31,599 nucleotides of DNA from the IMG/VR virus record IMGVR_UViG_3300020450_000061, positions 1-31,599 of that record. The stretch is one strand, 5' to 3'. This document shows, piece after piece, positions 18,474 through 25,291 of this stretch (positions within the stretch are counted from its first letter, which is position 1; every line of letters starts with the position of its first letter). This DNA is from a virus. Taxonomy: Duplodnaviria > Caudoviricetes. The notes beneath the pieces are model-generated. The model had not been told where the DNA came from and ran no database searches. It worked only from the letters and a program-made list of their open reading frames with translations. The position numbers were made by a program, and so were the translations under genes.

Positions 18474-18614
18474 ATGAGAAAATATGTACTACTTGAAATC
18501 AAATCACACAAATCGTCACTTAAAAATTTCTTAAATTTTTTCTGGTTTTTCTCCAGAGACGTAATCGTATTTTTATTTTGCTTTGCCATAGCTGCATTGA
18601 TGTTTTTATCTTAG
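18474..18614 (+). CDS. Small membrane protein MRKYVLLEIK...FCFAIAALMFLS (46 aa, not in ORF track)
   Basis: ATG with AACTAAAATT leader; hydrophobic C-terminus; stop lies 2 nt before the next ATG. Confidence 0.6.
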   Translation: MRKYVLLEIKSHKSSLKNFLNFFWFFSRDVIVFLFCFAIAALMFLS

Positions 18615-18616
18615 CT

Positions 18617-18760
18617 ATGGAAAAGAATATTCAAATCTTTCTAGTATTATTTTTTATAGCGTGGGCTTTTAGAATGGTATATAGATTTAACGCCTTATAC
18701 GATTGTATTTTTATGTTACTAATTTCAATAGCGATTTACAACAATGGCAAAACAGACTGA
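18617..18760 (+). CDS. Small two-TM membrane protein MEKNIQIFLVLFF... (47 aa)
   Basis: ATG inside track ORF 18578..18760; two hydrophobic segments. Confidence 0.6.
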   Translation: MEKNIQIFLVLFFIAWAFRMVYRFNALYDCIFMLLISIAIYNNGKTD

Positions 18761-18860
18761 CAAAAGGAAAGACACTTTTAAAAAAAGTATGAAAAAAATA
18801 GACGATAGTATAAAAAAAATCGTTAAATTAAATAACTTATTGAACTCAATAAGTAAATAA
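18744..18860 (+). CDS. Small basic peptide MAKQTDKRKDTFKK...NSISK (38 aa, not in ORF track)
   Basis: Overlaps the previous gene and ends just before the U-rich 3' region and terminator. Confidence 0.5.
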   Translation: MAKQTDKRKDTFKKSMKKIDDSIKKIVKLNNLLNSISK

Positions 18861-18893
18861 TTTTTTCATTTCATTTGTTTTAGATGTTTATCT

Positions 18894-18922
18894 AGCCCTC
18901 AGACCCCACTGAGGGTTTTTTT
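18894..18922 (+). terminator. Rho-independent terminator closing the island
   Basis: AGCCCTCAG-ACCCCA-CTGAGGGTT followed by a T run. Confidence 0.85.
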
Positions 18923-18946
18923 GTACCTTAGTATAAACCTAATGAG

Positions 18947-19318
18947 GTGGATAATAATTTGAGAGGCTGTTTAGCTGAGTACAGTTTTGCAGTCGAATGT
19001 TTAAGAAGAGGTTATAATATTAGCTTTCCTTTATTAGATTCATGTGTTTATGATTGTATTGTAGACACTGGCAAAAAACTAATTAAGGTACAAGTAAAAT
19101 CTACGACTAAAACACCAGACACCTATCATACGACAGTAGCTTGTAGAATATCAAACGCTAAAGTCAGCTACACTTTAGATCGTGTTGACTACTTTGCTGT
19201 CTGGGTAGATTACTTTAATGGATTCTTTATATTTAAAAATTTAGGAAATATGAAATCAATAAGATTATCCAAAAAAGGGAAACATAAAAATAAATTTAAT
19301 AACTTTGTATTTGAATAA
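18947..19318 (+). CDS. PD-(D/E)XK endonuclease of the group I intron-associated (I-Ssp6803I-like) type, free-standing
   Basis: G..AE..GYNISFP..YDCIVD..KVQVKS..Y...VDYFAV pattern. Confidence 0.8.
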   Translation: MDNNLRGCLAEYSFAVECLRRGYNISFPLLDSCVYDCIVDTGKKLIKVQVKSTTKTPDTYHTTVACRISNAKVSYTLDRVDYFAVWVDYFNGFFIFKNLGNMKSIRLSKKGKHKNKFNNFVFE

Positions 19319-19378
19319 CACTTTATTCGACAGAGTTTTAGTTGTAAGCGTTGTAATTTATTTATGACGCTTTTTTTT
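19300..19378 (+). ncRNA. Candidate small RNA of about 65 nt (promoter, U-rich seed, terminator)
   Basis: TAACTTTG at 19300-19307, no ORF, seed AGTTTTAGTTGT complementary to early leaders, terminator at 19346-19378. Hypothetical. Confidence 0.4.
19346..19378 (+). terminator. Rho-independent terminator
   Basis: AAGCGTTGTAA-TTTAT-TTATGACGCTT followed by a T run. Confidence 0.8.
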
Positions 19379-19385
19379 ATCTTTG
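19378..19385 (+). promoter_or_regulatory. -7 promoter element for the head-tail joining genes
   Basis: TATCTTTG(TAAAAA). Confidence 0.6.
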
Positions 19386-19401
19386 TAAAAATATTTACAT
19401 T

Positions 19402-19611
19402 ATGAAAATACTTATAAAAAAATCTGTTATCTCTGGTCATGATGGCTGGCGTAATGAAGGTGAAATCTATGAACTAGATCAAAAGACTGCTAATCACTAC
19501 ATAGCAAAAGGCATAGGCGTAAAAGCTGAAAGTCATAAAGAGGAGAAAGCTCCTAAAGAAACTAAAGAACATAAAGGCACTAAAAAAAGAAAAACAAAAA
19601 AATCTAAATAA
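19402..19611 (+). CDS. Small Lys-rich head-associated protein
   Basis: GEIYEL..A..YIAKG motif with a K-rich tail; this type usually lies between the capsid and connector genes. Confidence 0.65.
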   Translation: MKILIKKSVISGHDGWRNEGEIYELDQKTANHYIAKGIGVKAESHKEEKAPKETKEHKGTKKRKTKKSK

Positions 19612-20168
19612 TGGCATACTATAAAAATCAATATTTTAGCGAAGTGCCTAACGACTTTTATAGTCAGATTAAAATAAATTCTACTACTGGCAGCGAGATA
19701 GTAACGACACAAAACGCCAAAGATTTTATCAGAGTCGATTCTTCCGATGACGATACTATTATAGGTCAAATGATTACAGAAGCTCGCATTTACATAGAAA
19801 ACTATCTGACTAAAGATATTGTAGCTAAGACTCGTACTTATTATTTACCTTTTGCAAATGAGCGTTTTAATTTACCATTTGCGCCTATTGCCTCAATCAC
19901 TTCTGTCACAGTAGACGGTAGCAGCGCTACTTACGAGGTAAAAGGTCTAGACAATGAAATTATAGAGCTAAACGAGTTACCAGCGCAAGAAATAAAAGTA
20001 AATTATACTACCTCTGGAGTAGATGACAGCCTTTTAAAGCAAGCCATATTAAGAATGGTGGCTACCTTTTACGATAATAGAGCTGAATTTGTATCTGGTC
20101 AGACAGTAAATGAAATTCCGATGACAGTAAAATCAATTCTCTCTGGTATGAAAACTATGTATATTTAA
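19611..20168 (+). CDS. Head-tail connector (HK97 gp6 / SPP1 gp15-like)
   Basis: AKDFIRVDSSDDD..AR.YIENY..LKQAILRMVATFYDNR. Confidence 0.88.
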   Translation: MAYYKNQYFSEVPNDFYSQIKINSTTGSEIVTTQNAKDFIRVDSSDDDTIIGQMITEARIYIENYLTKDIVAKTRTYYLPFANERFNLPFAPIASITSVTVDGSSATYEVKGLDNEIIELNELPAQEIKVNYTTSGVDDSLLKQAILRMVATFYDNRAEFVSGQTVNEIPMTVKSILSGMKTMYI

Positions 20169-20494
20169 TGGATGCTGGTAAATTAGATACTAGAGTAGAG
20201 GTAAAAAGACTGACAAAAAGCTCTGATAATTTTGGTGGTACTACCTCTACGGTAGCTGTTAACTCTACAATATGGGCTAATAAAAAAGAAGTAAAAGGCG
20301 AGATAGTCTCAGAGAATGGTAAAAGACAGCAATATTTAGAGATTGTACTTACTGTAAGAAAGAAAACAGCTACGAACATACTAAAAGGTGATCTGTTAAA
20401 AATTTCTGGAGTCTCTGGCGACTATCGTATTAGCGAAATGTTTGACTCGGTGCATAAATATTTTACAACCATAAAAGCGGTTAAAATTGGTTAA
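20168..20494 (+). CDS. Head closure / head-tail adaptor (SPP1 gp16-like)
   Basis: MDAGKLDTRV..DNFGG..IWA motif and synteny. Confidence 0.85.
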   Translation: MDAGKLDTRVEVKRLTKSSDNFGGTTSTVAVNSTIWANKKEVKGEIVSENGKRQQYLEIVLTVRKKTATNILKGDLLKISGVSGDYRISEMFDSVHKYFTTIKAVKIG

Positions 20495-20939
20495 TATTAA
20501 AATAAATAAAACAGACCTAAAAAAACTAGAAAACAAACTAGAAGATTTAAGGCGTATTTCTGAAAAAGAATTATCAAAAGAAGTAGGTCAAACAGTGGCT
20601 CTAAGCTCTAGGCGTATGAAGCAAAATGTCGTAGTAGACTTAGGAACTTTAAAGCAAAGTATAGTCTTTGGTAGGACTGGAGGTAAATTTGATAGTCAAG
20701 GCTTTGTAAAAGCAAAAGCAAAATACGCTCCTTATGTAGAATTTGGTACTGGTAGGCTTGTTAATCTTAAAGATATGCAAGAGCTAGGCATACCAGACAG
20801 CTACGCAGCACAATTCAAAGGGCGTGGCATAAAAGAAGTAAATCTACCAGCTAGACCTTTTTTCTTTTCTTCTGTAAGAATAGAATTTAGAAAAATGCTT
20901 GACAGAGTAAATGATAAATTAAAAAGACTAACCAGATGA
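20487..20939 (+). CDS. HK97 gp10-like tail completion protein
   Basis: VDLGTLKQSI, YAPYVEFGT and ARPFF motifs. Confidence 0.85.
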   Translation: MVNIKINKTDLKKLENKLEDLRRISEKELSKEVGQTVALSSRRMKQNVVVDLGTLKQSIVFGRTGGKFDSQGFVKAKAKYAPYVEFGTGRLVNLKDMQELGIPDSYAAQFKGRGIKEVNLPARPFFFSSVRIEFRKMLDRVNDKLKRLTR

Positions 20940-21373
20940 CAGAGGCTTTACATTTTATAAGAAAAGCTATCATTGATAGGCTTACAAACGCTATAACAAT
21001 AGATTCGGAAGCAGTGCCAGTATTTAATAGAGTACCTAGCGATACTTCTGAGCCTTATATAAAAGTAAGCTCAGTAAGTAATAACGAAATAGATCAAAAT
21101 AAAACCAGTTTCAATTCTGAATGTATTACAAGAATAGAAGTCGTAAATTCCTTTACTTCAGACGATGGCGGTGAGCTGCAAACAAATCAAATCGTCTCAG
21201 AGGTGTTAAGACTTATAAGAACTCGCAGCGCTGGCTATTATGATCTAAGCAGCGATAATTTTAGAGTCTATACTTGCGAGAATGAAAATACAACCTATTT
21301 TGAAGAAGATTTACCAGATAAAACTTATTTTAGAGCTGTAATAGAAATATCAAACAGAGTAGAAAAACTATAA
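20936..21373 (+). CDS. Tail terminator-like protein (DUF3168-like)
   Basis: VPVFNRVP...PYI motif and synteny after gp10. Confidence 0.7.
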   Translation: MTEALHFIRKAIIDRLTNAITIDSEAVPVFNRVPSDTSEPYIKVSSVSNNEIDQNKTSFNSECITRIEVVNSFTSDDGGELQTNQIVSEVLRLIRTRSAGYYDLSSDNFRVYTCENENTTYFEEDLPDKTYFRAVIEISNRVEKL

Positions 21374-21375
21374 TT

Positions 21376-21756
21376 ATGGAAGATTTAAAATATTTTAAAA
21401 TTAGCGAATTTGATTGCCCTAGCGGTGAAGCTCCAGCTAGCGAGTTTATGAATCCAGATTTTATAAAAAAACTAAATAGCGCTAGACATAGTGCTGGAGT
21501 AGAGTTTAAAATAAATTCTGGTGTAAGGTCTCCAGAACATAACGAGTCTATCGGTGGAACAGAAAACTCAAGTCATTTATCCACAACAAAAGGAGGCGCT
21601 TGTGCTGCGGATATATCGGCAAAAGATTCTGTCTCAAGGTTTAAAATTTTAAAAGCTCTTATAGATCATAAGTTCCATAGAATAGGGATTCATGACTCAT
21701 TCATACATGTAGATTTGGATTTAAATAAATCTGGAGGCGTTTGCTGGCTTTATTAA
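21376..21756 (+). CDS. Endolysin, peptidase M15 family (Zn-dependent)
   Basis: YFKISEFDCP, INSGVRSPEHN, SSH..AADI and FIHVD motifs. Confidence 0.9.
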   Translation: MEDLKYFKISEFDCPSGEAPASEFMNPDFIKKLNSARHSAGVEFKINSGVRSPEHNESIGGTENSSHLSTTKGGACAADISAKDSVSRFKILKALIDHKFHRIGIHDSFIHVDLDLNKSGGVCWLY

Positions 21757-21781
21757 AATTTTGGCAGTCAATAAAAAATAA

Positions 21782-22171
21782 ATGTTAAAGATATTACTTA
21801 ATTTACTTGGAAAAGGAGAAAACGGAAGGTCTAACATAGGAGGGCTAGCTTTAGATATAAGAGAGGCTATAAAAGGCAAGGAGCTAGACCCTCAAAGACT
21901 CATAGAGTTACAAAGTGAAATAAATAAGCTAGAGGCTCAACATAGAAGTATGTTTGTCGCTGGTGCTAGACCTTTTATTTTATGGGTTTGCGGTTTTGCT
22001 TTGGCGTGGAATTTTGTTTTACACCCTTTTGTAAATTATTTTGCGGTGCAAATGGGTTACCCTTCAGTGCCGCCATTGTTAGATATGAGCGAGTTATATC
22101 CTATCATTATGGCTCTTTTAGGTCTAGGAGGGTATAGAACCTACGAAAAATTAAAAGATAAAACTAGATAA
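21782..22171 (+). CDS. Holin (3TM / GTA-holin-like)
   Basis: SMFVAGARPFILWVCG..LLGLGGYRTYEK; adjacent to the endolysin. Confidence 0.85.
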   Translation: MLKILLNLLGKGENGRSNIGGLALDIREAIKGKELDPQRLIELQSEINKLEAQHRSMFVAGARPFILWVCGFALAWNFVLHPFVNYFAVQMGYPSVPPLLDMSELYPIIMALLGLGGYRTYEKLKDKTR

Positions 22172-22260
22172 TGGGCAAGTCATTAAATAGGAGAGGTAAA
22201 TATAGTCATTGTACTAGGGCGCAAAAAAACGGTAGAAATAAACCAGCTAAAAAAAACTAA
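22171..22260 (+). CDS. Small basic peptide MGKSLNRRGKYSHCTRAQKNGRNKPAKKN (29 aa, not in ORF track)
   Basis: TAATG overlap with the holin; its stop abuts the next ATG. Confidence 0.55.
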   Translation: MGKSLNRRGKYSHCTRAQKNGRNKPAKKN

Positions 22261-22545
22261 ATGGCTACAAAACAACTATATAGCGCAAATCATTTCCATA
22301 GGCTTAGTTTTGGTAATTTTGGTTTTAGACTGCTTGACGAAAATGGTACTACTTCTACTACTGGAGGAGAAGATTTTTGCACTATACACTGCCTTAAAAA
22401 TGCAGTAGTTTCTCTGACAAGTAATATAAGCAATGGAGACAGCTCTATTACAAATTTAGATTTAAAAGAAGGTCATATAATCTACGGAGATTTTACCAGT
22501 ATTTCGATTACCTCTGGAACTGTTATTTGTTATTTGCATAGATAA
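22261..22545 (+). CDS. Hypothetical, probably virion-associated beta protein
   Basis: 94 aa, ends IYGDFTSISITSGTVICY; precedes the fibre genes. Confidence 0.6.
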   Translation: MATKQLYSANHFHRLSFGNFGFRLLDENGTTSTTGGEDFCTIHCLKNAVVSLTSNISNGDSSITNLDLKEGHIIYGDFTSISITSGTVICYLHR

Positions 22546-22688
22546 TGTCTTTAGGTAGTGGCAATAGCTTTTCAAAATCAACTAAAACGGTCTCTAGTGT
22601 TAGGCGTATAATTAATAAAATACTAAACGAGCTTTGGGATTTTAGAAATATAAATTGGGAGTCAGATACAGCGAACTGGGATGACTAA
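22545..22688 (+). CDS. Small protein MSLGSGNS...WDFRNINWESDTANWDD (47 aa, not in ORF track)
   Basis: TAATG coupling; W-x6-W-x6-W C-terminus. Confidence 0.6.
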   Translation: MSLGSGNSFSKSTKTVSSVRRIINKILNELWDFRNINWESDTANWDD

Positions 22689-22695
22689 AAATTAG

Positions 22696-22703
22696 TAAAT
22701 TTG
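22696..22703 (+). promoter_or_regulatory. -7 promoter element upstream of the fibre gene
   Basis: TAAATTTG(TAAAAAA); the same GTAAATTTGTAAAAAAT occurs at 24385. Confidence 0.65.
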
Positions 22704-22717
22704 TAAAAAATTAAAAT

Positions 22718-24388
22718 ATGGGTACTTCGCTTACTGGTAACAAAATAAAAGACACATATAAAAGTTTAATAAAAGTAACTGACAACTTAGAGGCTAGTAC
22801 TTCTGGAAAACAACTATCAGACGGTAATGGTAACGATTTTGGGCTTTTTGTTGACACCGATGGAGTAGTAGGAATCGGAGCGGCTGCTAATTTTTCTCTA
22901 GACATATCTTCAAAGACAGACGGAGTAGCTTTGCCAATCGGTACGACAGCAAACAGAGCAACTGGCTCAGCTGGGATTATAAGATATAACAGCACACTTT
23001 CAAAACTAGAATATTTTGACAGCTCTTACCAGCAAATAGCCTCAGAGTCTTATGTATCTACTCAAATAAATAATCTTATAGATAGTGCGCCTAGCACCCT
23101 AGATACCCTAAATGAGATAGCCCAAGCTCTAAATGATGACGCTGATTTCTATACAACTATCACAAATTTAATAGATAAAAAGCAAAATAAAATCGAGCCT
23201 CATTCAGCGACAGCGCAAACTTTTACAGTCACAGTAGCCAGTAAGACCTCAGCACATAGATATAATGGTAGTGGCTCAAGTAACGCATTTGTTATTGATG
23301 GCGTGCAAGCTCCTTACATAACGATTACCGCTGGTAATACCTACAAATTTGACCAGTCTGACTCAAGTAATTCTGGACACCCATTAGCTTTTTATTACGA
23401 GGCTGATAAAACAACTTCATATAGCTCTGGAGTCACTACGGTAGGGACAGCTGGTAGCTCTGGAGCTTATACTCAGATTATAGCTACGGATTCTACGCCT
23501 ACTGTGTTACATTATCAATGCACTAATCATGGTTTTATGGGCAATAGTGTAAACTTTGATACTCGTAATTTAACTGGTTTTGATACAGACGATCTAACAG
23601 AAGGGACAAACTTATATTATACAGATACTAGATTTGACACTAGACTAGGTAATAAGTCTATAGGCGATCTGTCAGATGTCAATTTAACTGGAGTAGCAAA
23701 CAATAAAATATTAAAATACGATTCCAGTACTTCTAAATTTATAATTGCTGACGATGCCTCAGCCTCTGGAGGTGATAATTACGACCTAAACGCTACGACA
23801 GATGGCTCTAATGTAGATTTAAATTTAACTTCTACTTCTGGCTCTGATAACTCAGTAGTGCAGCTTACAGCTGGGTCTAATATTACACTTACTAGAAACA
23901 GCGCTAATGAAGTTACGATAGCTGCCTCTAGTGGAGGCGGTGGAGGCTCTACGACTCTTGTAGTAGAAACTTTTAGCGGTGACAATTCTGACACAACTTT
24001 TACTATGTCTAATACTATTGCAAGTGAGAATAATTTGCAAATTTATATAGACGGTGTATATCAGTCTAAAAGTACTTACTCGACTTCTGGTCAAGTTATT
24101 ACATTTTCGACAGCTCCAGCAACTGGGACAAATAACATAGAGGTTACTCATGCAGTAGCTTTAGGAGGTACTCCAAATATAGAAATAGATACATTTAGCG
24201 GTAATAATTCTACGACAGCTTTTACGCTATCTACTGAGCCAGCTACAAAAAATCATTTACAGATTTATATAGATGGCGTTTACCAGTCTAAGTCTAATTA
24301 TAGTACTAGCGGCACTACTTTGACTTTTACAACTGCTCCAGCTACTGGGTCTAGTAATATTGAAGTAACTCATATAAAACTTTCGTAA
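22718..24388 (+). CDS. Mosaic tail fibre / virion fibre protein
   Basis: APSTLDTLNEIAQAL fibre motif, TDDLTEGTNLYYT, DLSDV, a cupredoxin-like segment and two C-terminal repeats. Confidence 0.8.
   Translation: MGTSLTGNKIKDTYKSLIKVTDNLEASTSGKQLSDGNGNDFGLFVDTDGVVGIGAAANFSLDISSKTDGVALPIGTTANRATGSAGIIRYNSTLSKLEYFDSSYQQIASESYVSTQINNLIDSAPSTLDTLNEIAQALNDDADFYTTITNLIDKKQNKIEPHSATAQTFTVTVASKTSAHRYNGSGSSNAFVIDGVQAPYITITAGNTYKFDQSDSSNSGHPLAFYYEADKTTSYSSGVTTVGTAGSSGAYTQIIATDSTPTVLHYQCTNHGFMGNSVNFDTRNLTGFDTDDLTEGTNLYYTDTRFDTRLGNKSIGDLSDVNLTGVANNKILKYDSSTSKFIIADDASASGGDNYDLNATTDGSNVDLNLTSTSGSDNSVVQLTAGSNITLTRNSANEVTIAASSGGGGGSTTLVVETFSGDNSDTTFTMSNTIASENNLQIYIDGVYQSKSTYSTSGQVITFSTAPATGTNNIEVTHAVALGGTPNIEIDTFSGNNSTTAFTLSTEPATKNHLQIYIDGVYQSKSNYSTSGTTLTFTTAPATGSSNIEVTHIKLS
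23966..24373 (+). repeat. Tandem duplication of a domain of about 62 aa in the fibre
   Basis: TFSG.NS.T.FT.S...LQIYIDGVYQSKS.YSTSG...TF.TAPATG..NIEVTH at about 23966-24151 and 24188-24373. Confidence 0.9.
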
Positions 24389-24393
24389 ATTTG
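24386..24393 (+). promoter_or_regulatory. -7 promoter element
   Basis: TAAATTTG(TAAAAAA). Confidence 0.6.
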
Positions 24394-24408
24394 TAAAAAA
24401 TATAAGAT

Positions 24409-24792
24409 ATGGCAATAACAAAAGTAACTGGAGACGTAATAGCTGACAACGCTATCGACCATGATCAGCTCGCTAATAGATATACTGCAAGCGTTTCAAT
24501 AACTTCAGCCTCCACAATAACAATAGATACTTCTAGCGGTGACGTATTTACTTGGACAGCTGGACACACCGCAGCGGTCTCATTTACAAATGTAAAAGTA
24601 GGCTCTACTTGTACTTTAGTAATTACTGGAGGGTCTGGCTCTTACGGTATTAGTTTTTCAAATATAAATGGCTCTAGTGGGTCATTTAGAAAAATCTCTG
24701 GCACTTATAGCGACACTGTAAAAAATCTTATAGAATTTAAATTTGTATCAACCTCAGAGGCATTTTATCAAATCTCTCAAGAAGCAACCTAA
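24409..24792 (+). CDS. Short virion/fibre-associated protein
   Basis: MAITKVT N-terminus, Thr/Ser-rich beta sequence. Confidence 0.65.
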   Translation: MAITKVTGDVIADNAIDHDQLANRYTASVSITSASTITIDTSSGDVFTWTAGHTAAVSFTNVKVGSTCTLVITGGSGSYGISFSNINGSSGSFRKISGTYSDTVKNLIEFKFVSTSEAFYQISQEAT

Positions 24793-24796
24793 AAAT

Positions 24797-25282
24797 ATGT
24801 ACGCACAAAATAAAAACGGAAAAATAAGAATTTATCAATCAGCACCCAGCGAATTTTCTGGAAGTCAAAAAGAATATGTCTCTGGATTTGACCAGTTATC
24901 TAGTAAAGATCAAAAGGCTGAGGGTCTTTTCCCTTTAGTGTTACCAGAAGGCTACGATTCAAGGATTCATAATTTAGGTAAAATATCTTTTGACTCTGTA
25001 AATAGTCGATTTAAATACTCTATGAGCGACAAAACTTGGGCAAAAACTTTAGCCGAATTAAAAGCAGATAAAATAGCAAATCTAAAACATAGCGCAAAAT
25101 CAGAATTTAAAGAGAAATACGACTGGTATTTTATTAGAACACTAAGAGACCCTTCTAAGGCTGTCCCAGAAGATATTAAAACAGCTGCAAACGATTTAGC
25201 GGCTTTAGTAGACCAAAAAGAAAAAGACATAAATAATTTAAAGTCAAAGAGTAAAGTTATTTTATTTGACATAACATTATAA
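24797..25282 (+). CDS. Putative tail fibre assembly chaperone (probable ATG start 24797)
   Basis: LAELKADKIANLK..YDWYFIR..VPEDIK helical pattern; lies between fibre genes. Confidence 0.6.
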   Translation: MYAQNKNGKIRIYQSAPSEFSGSQKEYVSGFDQLSSKDQKAEGLFPLVLPEGYDSRIHNLGKISFDSVNSRFKYSMSDKTWAKTLAELKADKIANLKHSAKSEFKEKYDWYFIRTLRDPSKAVPEDIKTAANDLAALVDQKEKDINNLKSKSKVILFDITL

Positions 25283-25291
25283 ATTTTAAGT

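Noticed and set aside
18578-18616. TTG start for the 60-aa ORF
   Set aside because: It overlaps ORF 18474-18614; ATG 18617 fits the gene packing better.
17819-19345. CRISPR mini-array from the AATAACAACTAAAAC or GTTTTAG motifs
   Set aside because: Repeats are only 11-15 bp, irregularly spaced and separated by whole genes; no cas genes.
18861-19400. Group I intron around the endonuclease
   Set aside because: No interrupted gene, and the flanks are too short and are explained by terminators.
21577-21585. Perfect DnaA box TTATCCACA
   Set aside because: The only copy I noticed, inside the endolysin coding sequence; plausible by chance.
21782-22171. Gene transfer agent, suggested by the holin family name
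   Set aside because: The genome is circular with its own replication module; this holin type also occurs in phages.
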